Source: Takakia lepidozioides
Lineage: Eukaryota > Plantae > Bryophyta
Length of the DNA: 64,000 bases
Direction: 5' to 3'
Assembly: GCA_030704615.1 (NCBI GenBank)
Contig: CM060731.1
Span: 12,524,001 to 12,588,000, forward strand
Shown here: one piece after another, positions 39,796 to 53,613 of the stretch
Layout: each line of letters opens with the position of its first letter
How positions within the stretch are numbered: position 1 is the first letter of the stretch
Program-made: the position numbers and the translations under genes
The notes under the pieces: generated by a model
Seen by the model: the letters and a program-made list of their open reading frames with translations, nothing else
What the model was told of the DNA's origin: nothing
The model's database searches: none

Positions 39796-40565
39796 ACCCT
39801 ATTTTAACTAATTCTAGACTTTTGGCTTAAATCCGGACCAAACTTAATATATATTTGAATTAAAATTAATTCAAATATTAATAATATCATGGTGTAATGT
39901 GTGATTGAACTTTGTGAAATTACAGGTGATGTCATACTTGCTTCAAAATGTGACATATAAGATGTCTATTTGACATTGAAGTGCTTGTGAAGTTGCAGTA
40001 CTGAACAATTCATTGAACGTCCATTGGGAAGTCGAATAATGTAATATTACATTATGTAATCATGATATTAAACAAATGTGTCAAATCGAACATGGGGTAG
40101 ACTCCTACTCTACCATACACGATATAACTTGATAGTAATTTTGAGTGAATCTTCATGTTGACAAGCACAATATTCAGAGACAATGCCATTGGAATGATGT
40201 TTTGGGTGTGAGAAGGGCAGTAAAATATTAAAATAGCTTGAAACATTAGGAAGATGACCTACTAGGGTAGTAAAATAAGAATTAGATATATTAAGTGCAA
40301 TAAGGTCCAAGTTTGTGGTGACTCGGAGAAGGGTTTAGGGTAGAAAGACAGAAACAAATATGGAAGATTCACCTCCGTAGAATGTAAAAATGTAAGGGGA
40401 ATTTGATATCCATGTAATCATTCTATCATACGTTATCCAACAAAATTAAAGAAAACATTAAAAGAGAATGATACAAATTTTACAAGAGGTAACATGGTAG
40501 TACAATAAGGTTTGGAGTTTAAGTAAGGTACTACACTAAGGTTTTTGGTATATGGTAAGAGTAAT

Positions 40566-40646
40566 GGTTTAGGGTGCTAAGGGTCACGCTTAATCTTAGG
40601 GTAAGGATTAAGGGAAGGGTAAGGGTTTAGGGTTTGGATTTAGGGT
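40566..40646 (+). repeat. Degenerate interstitial telomere-like (TTTAGGG) tract
   Basis: tttagggtgctaagggt..ttagggtaaggattaagggaagggtaagggtttagggtttggatttaggg; part of a local duplication also seen at ~40330. Confidence 0.5.
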
Positions 40647-41282
40647 AGAAAGGGACAAACAAATATGGAATACTCACACATGGTAGTACAATAACTTGGT
40701 TTGGAGTGTAAGTAGGGATGGTGGGGCGGAACTTGAAGGACAAGAGGTATTGTGCTAGAGAGAGAATTCGGAAGGCAATGGCAAATGGGGATCCAACCCA
40801 AACCACCTTTTGGAGTTTCACAAGTTGGCAAATCATTGAATCATTTCACCTTCCATTTGTTGCATGTGCATTAATGAGGTGGATTCGATGCAACGTATGT
40901 GTGTAATTCGCTAATTGTGGGGGGGGGTAGGTATCGTGGGGTGCGCTTATTGCGGGAGAGAAGGATGTGGCACCCAAGGCCAAATTTGAGAAGACATGTG
41001 AAGCAACAACAGTCCGCCTTTAGAAGCACGAATCCACGCGGGGCCCCGGCGGATTGAGAAATTTTATCTTTACGATTTGTAAGTCATACTTCCCTATGTA
41101 TTTTGTTATGTTTTTTTTCTCGCTTCATCATCGTGAGGAACTGACTTTAATTTCTGGCATGTGTAGGTAACCACGTTTGAGAGGAAGCCATCTCTGATAG
41201 AGTACGACTATGCCAAGCAGCATGGTTGGCAAGCCCTCATGAAGAACATGGCCAACACGGAGGGGATGAGTGTGCTATATGA

Positions 41283-42162
41283 CACTAGTATGGGTGGGGG
41301 GGGGGGTCATGGCCAGGGATTGGATGAGAGCTCCGTGGGAGTTAGGGGAACGCCGCTTATTGTACATGCTCAGGAAAAGGGCACGGAGTCATCAGGCTCA
41401 TCGGAACAAACCAAGGAAAAACCAAAAATCACCCCCAATTCACCTCCCAAAATCAACCCCCAAACACACCCCCCACCAAGCGGCATGCCATGGCAGGGCG
41501 TCGCTTTCAATAACGCCCATGCGATGGGAATTTCTGGCTTGCCACGGGAGGGGATCGCAAGAGGCGATGCCCCGCTGTCGCCACAACCCATTGCGTAGCA
41601 ACGGCCGAACCCCCCCCGTGACTGGTTTTTTTCCTTGGCGACGCCGCAGCGTAGCTGTTCCCACTCCCGCCCTGCCCCGCGTTTTCTTTAATAAAACACT
41701 TTTATAGATATGCGACTCCCGGGAGTCGCTCAAACCCACGGTCGGGCGTCGCAGAGACCGCCTCCCCTGCGACGGGGTTTTTTTACGTATCCGACGTCCA
41801 GGGGTCGTGTTATTTTTAGCATGCGACACCCGGGCATAGGAAAAAAAAAAACAACGACGCGACGTAGGGGCATCGCCCCATCCAACGCCGTCGGCTGGAT
41901 GGCAGCAACGGTCGGCCGGCGCTAGAAGGAGGCCCCTGCTAGCGCCCTGGATCGCCAAGTAGCTACGTCCGGGCGTCGCTGGAGGAGGACAGGGGCGTGC
42001 GACCCCCATCCGTCGCATTTATGCGACGATATTCCAGCGACGCCCTGGTGATTGGCGTGCAACTCCAGGGCGTCGCGAAAATGACCCCCCGCCTCAGCTT
42101 CAAAATGGTCTTTTAGACCCCCCCCCCCCCCCCCCTCCTTTTTTTTTTTTTTTTTGGTAGTG
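41283..42162. mobile_element. Non-autonomous CACTA-like element
   Basis: Starts CACTA and ends TAGTG; both ends read CACTA..(G)n-TC inwards; many GCGAC/GTCGC subterminal repeats at 41500-42080. Removing it joins VLYD to CRKSSNFKTDHAAIF.. in one open frame. The 3-bp target duplication does not match (tga/ttg). Confidence 0.6.
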
Positions 42163-44289
42163 TTGCCGGAAATCCTCAAATTTCAAAACTGACCATGCCG
42201 CAATTTTTGAGCTGAACCCAGAGGTGACAGATTGGGGCATCGTCCCTATGGGTACACCTCCTGATCACAAGTTGTCTTTTCATTACAAAAGCCGTGGAGT
42301 AATAACAAATTTCAAATACGCAGAAGCTCTCGATAGAGCTTGAATCTGAAGAGGAAAACCCGATGTTGGTTTTGTTCTTGTATGAGGATGCGAGAACCCC
42401 AGGACGTTCGACTTCAAAGTGGAGGTGGGTCGTCTGAACAAGTCATTGATGAGTGAATGCATTGGACTGGGTTTTAGATTTCCCGACGAGGGCTCAGTAT
42501 TTACCGACGTGGTTTGTCGAGGGCCTGGAATATTTTTCTGGATCATCTGCACGCAATGAGGAACGACAATCGCAAGAAGCGAGCACTGGAGAAAGCATCG
42601 AAGCTGAAGAAAGGAAAACGCAAGTCGTCGACTGTCAGGAATGATGCGAGGCTCATAACAAACTCTCCCACAGCAGGTAATCCCAGGCCGGAAGAAAGCT
42701 CTCCACATCTTCTTGGACTCACACGAAACTTGCGGCCGGGACTTCCACAGGAAAGAAGAAATAGAAGGAGGATCAGGATCCAACATTGATAACAGATAAC
42801 AAGAGACCCAAAGTTGGGGAGATTTTCGACAAGGAAAAGTGCGAGAAGATAGAGGAGAGGCTCACGAAGGAATATAACAATGTATTTCCGTTTGGATTTG
42901 AGAGTGCCTTGGGATGGATTACATTCAAAGCAAAATTAAGATGAACATGGAGACAAAACCACTCACGGCCGTTTTTGTTAAGTACGTCTCCTCCATCAAG
43001 AAAGCTTATGAGGATAGAGAGGATGCCATGGCGATTATTTCAGCGAGTTTCAAGTCTCATTATGCTCTCATGGGGGGGAAACCAAAATTCGCCGATGTCA
43101 AGTCCCGTCTACGACTCGCACCGAAGAAACGGTTTGACAACATAGCGATGGTGTTCGTCAATACAATTTCTGAAGATGACTCTGTGGTATTTGAGGCCAA
43201 GGACTATGTGAACATACTGGAAGCTTTTGTGGCTCGAAAAATGAACACGAGTGATGTTGTTTTCTTCTCAACTCAACTGTCCTCGGCCAATCTGGTCTCC
43301 TACATCCAAAATGGTCCCGGAAGAACATTGTATCTTGTCCGGCAGGGATTTTATGTTCCGGGGGAGTATGACAACGTTTACAAAAATAGCACGAAGACTT
43401 TCTCTCGGACTGTACTATGCTTGGACTACGTTTTTCCAGCGACACCCGAGGAGATGCAGAATCCAGATGAGCACATCACGACAATGCTCTTAATCGAGCC
43501 AATTCAGCCGATTCTTTAAGGGCCTTCTGGGAAGCCATCAGCTTTTGAAGAAGAGTGCAGGACTTATAATCATGAGCTACCAGGTGACACCTACGACTAT
43601 TTGCCCTCCTTGTTTTGTCGAGACGGGATGTCCACTGTCAACATCTTCGGAGGTGTGATGTTGACATACGCCCTTCATGTAAGTGTAAAACCAGTTTGCA
43701 TTTTTAATACGTTTTTTATATTTTTGTTCGAACGCGTCATTTGATTTACTGACTGGGTTTATCTGCAGGCAAGAAACATTCGAGTGCTTGACATCAACCA
43801 CTCAACCAAAAAAAAAATTGCAAAGAAAAAGTTGAAGCGAATTGTAAGCAGCTACAAATTGAGAATGACAATGTTGCTGAAGAGGTTGACGGCGGAGACG
43901 ATGATGAGGATGAGGAAGTGGAGGATGAAGATTTGGAAGAATGATGAGGACATTCCGAGCACAGGGAGGAGGACGAGGGCATCGAGGGTAACGAGGACAA
44001 CGAGGGCCACGATGGAAACAATGCCGACCCAGGCTTGGGAGGCTGGACACCTTGATGTGATTCAGGACTTCACAACTCAGTCACTGGATGGACTTGAGAA
44101 TACCACGCAAGACATTGCGGTCTACAAGGTCGTGATTCTGGACGGGGATTCGTCGAGTTCAAGCGAGAGAACGAGTAATCCTCCTTCACCCTCAAGGGAT
44201 GGTGAGGCCAGCTCAACGGTGGTGGGCGGCAATCTTGTTCGGAGTATAGAAGACTGGTTCAAACCTGTAGAAGGGGACGAGCCGGCGCC

Positions 44290-44450
44290 AATGTCCCCGT
44301 CTCCCACCAAAGACATGGTAGAGAGAGCGAGGACAAAGAGCCCATGTCCCACAAAAGACAGCGGACACGGAACGAGGACTAAGAGCCCGTCTCCCCGCAA
44401 AAGACAGTGGAGACAGAGCCAGGACTAAAAGCCCGTCTCCCGGAAAGAGA
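44290..44450 (+). repeat. ~45-bp coding tandem repeat (SPSPTKD..RTKSP), 3-4 copies
   Basis: aggac(a/t)aa(g/a)agccc(a/g)t(g/c)tccc..aaaga repeated at ~45-bp spacing within ORF 43784-44428. Confidence 0.7.
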
Positions 44451-45139
44451 GGGGAGGCAGAGGCAGGACTCAGAGCCCAACTGACTCTCACAGTGTCTCC
44501 CAGCATGTCAATGTGGATGTAGGTAACGAATGACACCTGGAGATTTATGGTGTCTTTAAGTATTTTAAATGGAACAAATTGTGTGTATTGCATCTGGTTG
44601 TGTTCTGGTTGTGGTTTGTCAATAACTAATCTATATTTTGATTTTTGTTTGGGGTCATATTTCCACCTCCTTCAACTTTACATGTGACTGACGGTTACGA
44701 AAACTCATATAGATCCATGAACGGAAAGTGGAGGAAATTACACAAACTCGGACAGAATCCATTGCGACTCAAACAGTGAGTAGGCAGGTGGACTTAACAA
44801 TCAGGGTCAGCCCACCTGATCCGGTCAATCAAGCAACCTTCACTGCCCAGTCGACGTTTCGAGATGGAGGACATGAGTCAGAGATGGTCGTTGCTCAGCA
44901 GGAAGGAAAAGAGAGCGAGCAGCCACAGCAGCAAATTCGGAATCCCTCCCCGAAATGGGTATACACTTCATAACCATCTTAGAAATGTTCTTCTTTGTCA
45001 TTTTTCTAGTTTTCAAAATGAATTAATTGTTCTGTTATTCCACATGATGGTATGATTCACCCTCCAATCGACTATCACCAATCTGTAAACCCACAGGATT
45101 GGTATCGCCTCTCTGAGGGACCAAATGAATGTCGACCAG

Positions 45140-45743
45140 GATACTACGTCCTGATTGTTGACGTCGGTCACCTTGGTGAGGTTTACCTCCGAGATGGCCC
45201 GAGATCCCCTCCCGCAATCCATCCTTGTGTATGCGCTGGAAAATTCAAGCTTGCAATCCGAAATGGTTTGGACGACTTCCTGAAATGGGTCCTTAAGCAT
45301 TTTAACGTCCACTTTTGGAACACTGGACCGTTACAAAATGTCCTGGATATATGGCTGGCTTTGTTTGGAAGAAGGTTTTACAAGGTCAGGGAATTCAACA
45401 ATGAAGACTGCATGAAGCATAGACAGACTTTCAGGACGAATGGCCCAAATATCCGAAAGTGCCAATATATCTTAAATGTCTTTACGACATTATCACTGTA
45501 GACGACACTGTAGCATACAGATCAAACACACTTTTCATCGACACTGTAGAAAATATGTATAAGTTCTACTTGAACCCAAAGTTGATCAGTATCTTCCTTT
45601 CAAAATATAAAGCGTTCGTCGACCCCTACAATGACAGATTTCTTCTGGATGAACTCAAACCGCACCTTGAAGAGTTGTGGTTATCCGGAAAAGACGCTGA
45701 TATATTCAACGTTGAAAAACATCATAAGATGTCGACCGTATAA
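45140..45743 (+). pseudogene. FCP1/NIF-like HAD-fold domain, copy 1 (decayed)
   Basis: VLIVDV..IRNGLDDFLKWVLKHFNVHFWN..EDC..YLK..NTLFID..KFYLNP across two frames. Confidence 0.55.
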
Positions 45744-46001
45744 TGACCCAAAGGTCAAATGCCTCTTGCTATGGGATTTGCAGTGGCAGGTTTATCTAAG
45801 AAAACAAAAATTGCCTGACACTTCCTTGGAACAGATTGAAACATAGATGGCTACTCAAGATTTTCCTGAACTTCGACTGTCTAGTGGACGTTGCTCCCAA
45901 TGTCAATCTTGTCCATGGTTTATTTTTATTACCACCTAAGTGGATGTATGAATTTCTTACAGATTGCAACACTAGTTTCTCCACTTGCGAAAGGATTGCG
46001 C

Positions 46002-46694
46002 TTGATAATTTTTGACCTGAATGGAGTTTTGTGCAAAATCTTGAAGTAGCAAAAGAGCTACAATGTCCCCCGGATGTCAGAGACAGACTACAGGATACCA
46101 TTTCTTGTTAGATTTCGACTTGTCTATAGGCGGGAAAAATATCGTGAGATGTGGACAGAGTTGAACAAACATTTCCGTCTAGGAATATGGAACTGCATGA
46201 TGTATAAAAACTTGCAGCCTGTCCTGGATTTTATGCTTCGTGATCTTCCTCAGCCGACATTCGTTATGTCTCAAGAAGATTGTATCTCCTGTCCTACTTC
46301 TGTCCACCCTCAATTTATATCAGGATACGACCCACCGAGTCTGTTCTTGAAGCCATTGATGACGGTCTGACAAAGATTTGGTGGTCAGTACAACAGGAGT
46401 AACACTCTACTCATTGACGATTCTGCTATTAAGTGTGTGTTGAACCCGCCTGAATCCCGTCTGATTCTAAAATCGTTTGAATCCGTTGACACGGACTCTT
46501 GCTATCTCCAGAAGGTTCTCCAAAAATATTTGCTTGAAATGAAGAAATCTCTCACCGTTTCCAGTTATCTCAGGAAAAAGAGGATAGGACTTAAGCCTTA
46601 TCAGAATGTTTCCATTGATCCCAAGTTTAAGCCTCTCTTGGATTATACTAATGATTCTAATTACCGGAATCTCCGATATGATGCTTCAAAATAA
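46002..46694 (+). pseudogene. FCP1/NIF-like HAD-fold domain, copy 2 (decayed)
   Basis: LIIFDLNGVL (46002-46031), FRLGIWN, FVMSQEDC, LFLKPL and NTLLIDDSAIKCVLNP, matching the DLNG-type plant FCP1-homology domain; in-frame stops present. Confidence 0.7.
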
Positions 46695-48442
46695 AAATTT
46701 CATTGATCAACCACGTCTATGATGCAATCTCAATTTTTGGTTGGTTTTTCTCTAGGTTGTATTGTATTTCTATAAGGACTGTTCTCTATTGTGCTTTCCG
46801 TTTCAATGTGAATTGACATGGAATTGTTTGCTATCTCCTTGTCTCATCCTTGTGTTTCTCCATCCTATACAACCCCGATCCTCTGGGATACAGGTCTTCT
46901 CAAAATCTCGTCGCGGGGCTTTTTCAAATCCGACAACCTCTGCTATGCAGTGGAGGTTATCCTTTGTATGTACAGTGACCATGTAAGTTCGTTTGGGCAT
47001 GTTCGTGGAGATGCTGCCGATGCCAACTTCTCGTCGGGACCTCCATTGGAATCCTCCATATCATAAATTCGTCGACAGAGGGACAATATTCACACTACTG
47101 TTGAGATTTCTGTCATCGACGGTGAAGCATCATCCAGGCACTTGGCTTCCCTTCAATTGCACGACCCTCTTCTCCAGTCCATTCTTGAAAAGGCTGTTCC
47201 GTCACATGACTGTTTAGGATTGAATGTCGAAGGTGGAAGCCAACCTGACAAATGTGCAGGGGATTTCGTGGACCTCACTCTATAATCCTCACCCTCCTTG
47301 TTAAATGTCAAGGGTCTGAAATCTACCTCGAGAATGTCATCCATTGAGGACGCGGCTGAGGCTGCGGCTCCGCTGCGCACTGTTGCCTCTCTTTCCTCCT
47401 TCTCTCCCCAGCATGAGGGTTGGACAACCCAAATCAGAAGGAGCCAGGTAAAATTACTTATATCTGAATTCTCACTCGTCCTTTTGTTTTCCTTAGTACT
47501 GGGTCTGATGTTCTTGTTTTACTCTAGGCCATAAAATATGCGGATTATGACCTTCCTGTCAAACGACGTCTTCATTGGAATTATGTTCCGAGGTAATCCC
47601 TTCATTACGTGTGAATTCCATTCAAGATGTGGAGTGCTCAAGGGACAATTTCCATTCCATTCCCCTTCTCCGCAACCCTTTGGACAAGGATAATGATGAA
47701 ACAATTGCGCAGTTCACTGCCAGTTGGGGGTGGCTGGTAGCAGAGGAGTCCATTGACACTCAAAATTAACAACATCCACTTCTTCTTCCCCGCTGTTGCA
47801 TGTAAAGGATGAGAGCAAGTTAATCACACACTGACATTAGTATTTCTGCCATGAAAATACCCATGACCCAGAATGATTGAGTGTATGGAAGATCAACACG
47901 ATTGTGCAAAAAGTGGCAAAAACATGTACGTGTTGTGGGCTTGGAATGTTTCGAGAGGAGGGTTAATATTGGGAAGAAAAAGAACGTCGACTGCCAAATG
48001 GAGGTTCAAGAAAGTACCTTGTACGGAGGGAAATTGATGAAGGTATCGTACTGCATCCCCACCTGTTGAGAAAAGATGGAGTAAATTAGTGCAGAACCAA
48101 CCGAACACAAAAGAGAAGAAAGTGGAGAAATAATATCGAATAATACCGATGTCGCCTTATCAAAGAGTCTCGCTCGCGCACTTGGGATCCCAACGGATGT
48201 GTTTTGACGAGACCCTGGTATGTCCGAGGTATTCATTTTCTTCCTTGAGTCTGTTTTATCTCTGAAGACTGACTTCTCTCCGGTGGAACCGATTTGTAAA
48301 AGAGATGGAAATGGTTTGGGGGTTCTATTCCGCTTCCTTGGTGCAGAACATTGCGCCAACACTGCAGGGTCGGAAAGCCGAGAAGTTTTAAAGAGAAATT
48401 TTGTTTTATGAATGTGACACTTCAAGTTCATGACAGACCGTT

Positions 48443-49169
48443 TGTCGCGCACCTCACTTCGGTAAGCTCCCCCTCAAGTCATAGTTACTCGCTTTGATGC
48501 GCGCGCCTGACTCCCAACCTGGCCGCCGGGCCAACTTGGAGCTTCGGCTACTCACCGGGGCATAACGGTCCCCCTTTGTTCTCCCAAAGAACCCTCCACC
48601 GATTTGGAACCAGCGGGAATTCCCTTTGGTAATTGGCAGTCCGGAACAGCTCCCCATTCTTTGGTCGTTTTCCGGCTCGCTCGCTTACTCACTAGTTTTT
48701 GGTCACCAACGGGCTTGCACCGTTCTCGGGGTTATTACTCCCTATATATACTTCTGTAGCTGTCCGCGGGGGTTTCACAACCAGCCATGCCATTTTATGG
48801 CGAACCACCACGAAAACCCTCGACTCCCGGTGATGAGTCGCGGTGAGTCTTGGCCCACTCACCACGGCCCCTATGGACTGTGATGAGCCCCAAGACCCCC
48901 CACGATTCCCACCACGAGGTCTCCGCCCCCATGGTGAGTCCTATGCCACCCCCACTAAGTCCCGCTAAGCTACCACCACCCCTTGTGGAGCCACCCCCAC
49001 CGCAACCCGGTGTGCGGGGCTCCACCTAGTGAGCGCCTCTGCTTCCCTGAGTGCCTTGGGCACTCAAGGGTGCTTCAGCCCCCCATACCCATCGCTGTCG
49101 CTGCCCCCACCACAGGGGCAGCCCCTCATGTGTCCCGACCCCCTGCCCTCAAGGCAAAGGGCCGCGACA
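48443..49169 (-). repeat. 3' LTR of the Gypsy element
   Basis: tgtcgcgcacc...gggccgcgaca; direct repeat of 54688-55414 with about 12 substitutions. Confidence 0.97.
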
Positions 49170-50098
49170 CACACCCCTACCAACAGGGAGTCGATGTCCT
49201 CATCGACTTGTCCATTTTGTAGAAACGAACATCCAAGTTGTGGCGTCCCACATCAAGGAGTTTGTTTCCGTACCATGGCGTCCCATGGCAAAGAACCAAA
49301 CCCCACACTTGACTCTACTCTCCACTAGCTAGTTCGGCCGACTTCCTCCAAGTCCCGGCCAAGGGTGGAGCCTCTCAAGCTCCTCCCAGTGCACTCTTCT
49401 TGGCCTACTTCAAGGCCAAGGAATGATCCTCCCCGAGGATCGAATCGCCTTACTGCAACAACATTGTTTGCGACCGCTCATGATGCTGCTTTGGGCATCG
49501 CCCTGAGCAAGGGTTCACCTCGAACCCTCTTTGACTAGAAATATAACCTTGAACCAACCGCGCGCCCCAATCACTACAATTGGGTCCGCCTTGGAATGTT
49601 GGCCTGAGGTACGGGAACACACCGAAGCCGCACTACGACTTCGTCCCGAGGCTACATGATTATAGTACGTGAACGGAAGCACGTAGCTTCCGCGTTAGCC
49701 CGCACTACAAGGCAACCCCCTCGGTAGCGCAGTTATAGTACGCGTACGCGCCAGGTGCGCACTAGCACGTGAACTCCCAAAGAAGGCGCAAGTTTCTTTG
49801 CCCCTTGGATGGGAGTCACCCGATTTCGGCACTGTGCAAACACACGATTAACCCAATTTACCTCTCCCACTTTTGTAAGCTAGCATGCATTCTACACACT
49901 AGCCAACCATACCATGCATCACCATTCCAAACAAAATAGGAAGCACAACATTTGAAAACCATTTCATTTAAAGCAAATTTTGTACAATACAAGTTTTTGC
50001 AATCGGATTCCTGAGCTAGCTAAGCTGGGCTAAGCATGCATATCCTCCCCCACGCTCCAAGGTTGATGTCCCCATCAACGCTTCTTCCGCTTTTGAGG

Positions 50099-53000
50099 TC
50101 ACCCTTCGAAAATTGCAACCGCTTCGGATGCGTTTCCCATTTCTGAGGCACGCACCCAAGATGCCTCCACATGATGATAGCCCTTCCATTTGACGAGATA
50201 CTCCGTTTCTCGGTTCTTGAACCTCCTCGACTTAAGTACTGCCTCCACCTCGTACTCAGGTTCATTTTCATGATCCAACAGCACAGGTGGCGGACGCAAC
50301 ACTTGATGCCGATTCGGACGCGCTTCATCTTTGAAGTAAGGCTTCAAAAGGGAGACGTGAAATACTGGATGCACCTTGCTGTTTGCCGGCAGCTCCAATT
50401 CATACACATCCTCATTCATAACCTTCCGGATGCGAAAGGGTCCCGCATACGGAGGTACGAACTTTGGACTCACTTCCGGAGGTAGTCGGAAATTCTTGAT
50501 GTTCAACCAGACCTCCGTGCCTGCCTCAAACTTCACTTCCCTCTGCTTCCGATTCGCCTGCCTTTCATACCGTTTCCTAGCTTTGGCAATGTTGTACTTT
50601 GCGAGCTTCAACAAACGTTCGCGTTCTTCTAGTACCGCCGCTACTGCCGGTTCCTCAACGTCCTGGGCGGCCCAACTTGTCGGCACCAGAGGTGCTTTTC
50701 CATAGACCAATACAAAAGGGGAAACTCCCGTTGCAGAGTGTTCTGTGTTATTATAACAGAACTCTGCCGCGTCTAAGTGTTCTACCCAGTCTGTTTGGTC
50801 TGCCGACACGTAATTCCGCAAGATCTGCTTCACTACGGAATTCACTCTTTCTGTTTGGCCGTCGGTCGTAGGTCGGAAGGCGGTGCTCATCTTCAGCATT
50901 GTCCCCATCTTTTTCCAAAGTGCCCTCCAAAATTTACTAGTAAACTTTGGATCGCGGTCCGAGACAATATCCTTTGGGACTCCATGATGCTTTAAGACGT
51001 GGGCGAAGTAAAGTCGCCCTGTTTCCTGCGCCATTGCCGTCTCCTTGGTGGTGATGAAATGACCCATTTTACTGAACCTATCCACCACCACCATAATTGC
51101 ATCGAATCCTTTTGACAGCGGCATAGCAGTCATGAAATCCATCGAGACGCTTTCCCAAGTCCCCTCTGGAATCGGCAAGGGTTGTAACAGCCCCGCTTGC
51201 TTTTTGTACTCGCTCCGGTTTTGTTGGCATGTGGTGCATGTCTTGACATACTCCTCTGCCTCCTCCCTCAGTTTGGGCCAGAAATACTCTTTCTTCAAGA
51301 GTGCCGCAGTGCGCTTGGCTCCGCCGTGGCCCGCAAGCGGGCTATCATGGCATTCTCTCAAGAGGCTATCTCTGATCCATTCCTTCGGCACGTAGAGACG
51401 CTTTTGTTTATACCGGAGCAGTCCATTTTGCAAGTGGAACTGCGATTTAACCCCTATCCTCAAGTCCTGCATCACGGACTTCGCCAGCTCATCCTTCCGG
51501 TAGGCCTTCCGGATCTTCCTTTGGAGCGCCGTCTCGCCCTTGTACACCAACAAGAGCTGCTGCTTTCTACTTAAAGCATCGGCTACCACGTTGTCTCGTC
51601 CCGGTTTGTACTGGATATCCACGTCGAACACTGCCTTGCCACCTAAGTTGTTTTGGGGACAACTTGGGCTGCGTGGCAAAATACTTCACCGTGACATTGT
51701 CCGTGAATACCTTCACTGGGTTGGAACCAATATAGTGGCGCCAAAGCTCAAGACAGTGCACCACCGCCTTCATCTCTTTCTCGTGCGTCGGCCACCGTCG
51801 CTCCACTTCATTCAGTTTCTTACTTTCGTAAGCCACTGGACGTCCATCTTGCATCAGTACACCCCCAATCGCGAAGTCCGACGCATCTGTATGTATCTCG
51901 AACGGACGATCGAACTCCGAGATTTTCAAGACTAGAGCTTCCGCCATCCGCTGCTTCAATTCAGCAAAAGCTTGGCCACACAAGGTGTTCCATACCCAGA
52001 CTTTGGATTTACACAGAAGGTCTGACAACGGCCCCGCGATCTTGGCAAAATTTCTCACATACTTCCGGTAATAGGAGGCGAGTCCTAGGAATGATCGCAC
52101 TCTCGGGACCGAAGTCGGAGGCTCCCAGTCCAAGATCGCCCTCACCTTTCTGTCATCCATTTTGATCCCATCCTGTGTAATCACATGCCCCAGGAACTCC
52201 ACTTTTGTGACCCCGAATTTGCACTTTGAAGCTTTGGCATACAGCTTCCATTCTCTCAATTTTTGAAACACCCTTTTTCAGGTGCTCCAGGTGCTCCTCC
52301 TTTGTTTTCGAGTACACCAAGATGTCGTCGATATACACGATCACAAAGTCATCCAACCACTCCTGAAAAAGGCTGTTCATCAGCGTGCTAAATGTCGCTG
52401 GTGCATTGGTGAGCCCAAAAGGCATCACCAAGAACTCATATGAACCATACCTTGTCCTGCACGCAGTCTTCTCCTCATCTCCTTCCGCCACCCGAATTTG
52501 ATGATAGCCGGAGCGCAAGTCGATCCAGCTGAAATACTTCGCTCCTGCCAACCGATCGAAGAGGTCGTCGATCCTTGGCAAAGGGTACCGGTTTTTTATA
52601 GTCACCTTATTCAGAGCCGTGTAATCGACACACATCCGCAGCGTCCCATCCTTTTTATCTGCAAATAGCACCGGGGCTCCGTAAGGTGACTTACTCGGCC
52701 GGATGTACCCCTTTGACATTAGATCTTTGAGCTGAGTCTTCAGCTCGACCAACTCTCTGTGGCTCAACCGGTAGGGCACCTTGGCAGGCGGTTCCGATCC
52801 CGGTATCACCTCAATCTTGTGGTCAACTCCTCTTCGCGGTGGCAAACCGCTTGGTAAATCCTCCGGCATCACATCCTGGTATTTCTCCAAAATCCCCTTG
52901 ATCCAATCTGGGCTCGGCTCCCCATCGCCTTCTCCCTTCACTTCTCTAATGTAGAGCAAAAACTGGGGCTCGTGTGCTTCCTCCACGACCCACTCCCTTG

Positions 53001-53613
53001 CTGACAGAAGGTTTATTCGCCCTCCCATGGATTTGGGCGTTTCCGACACTCGTAAGACCTCGCCACCATTCCCACATGGCAGCGTGACTACTCTCTTGCG
53101 GCCATCTATGACCGCTCCGGATTTGCTCAAAAAGGTCATCCCCAAAATGAGATCCACTCCATCGATCTCGCAGATGGTGAAGTTCTCACGTCCCTCCCAA
53201 CTCCCCAGTTGAAGAGGAACATCAAACGCCAACCTTGTCGCCAACTGTGGTTCTCCTTTGGCAGAACGCACTTCAATAGAGGCCCCCACGTCACTTGTCG
53301 GGAGTCCCAACTTTCGCGCCGCCGCCGGCGTCATGAAGGAGTGCGACGCTCCTGTGTCCACCAACAACGACACGTTAGTTCCGGATATTATCTCATCCAC
53401 GAACAATAACTGACTCCCTTTACGCAGGGCGCCAGTTTCCTGATACAACTCACAAAAATAGTTGCCTACCTTGCAAGTCCTGGCGACCACCGCTTCCACC
53501 AAGCGACTGATGGTATCTTCCGACAGCTCCGTGGTTGCCCCCGAGTCATGTTCAATTATCGAGGTGTCGTGCACTTCTTGGCCATGTGCCCGGGCTTCCC
53601 GCAATTGAAACAC
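50099..53613 (-). pseudogene. pol: Gypsy pol (protease, RT, RNase H, integrase, chromodomain) with two frameshifts
   Basis: [11 protein letters not shown]; [33 protein letters not shown]; IHTDASDFAIG; HHCC finger, VSMDF, SDRD, DGQTERVN; GPF; YEVEAVL..EYLVKWKGY. Frame changes near 52272 and 51630. Confidence 0.93.

Noticed and set aside
42914-43519. 201-aa ORF with YALMGG, reminiscent of a ParB/Srx GGNH motif
   Set aside because: The resemblance is too short and needs a frameshift; left unassigned pending a profile search.
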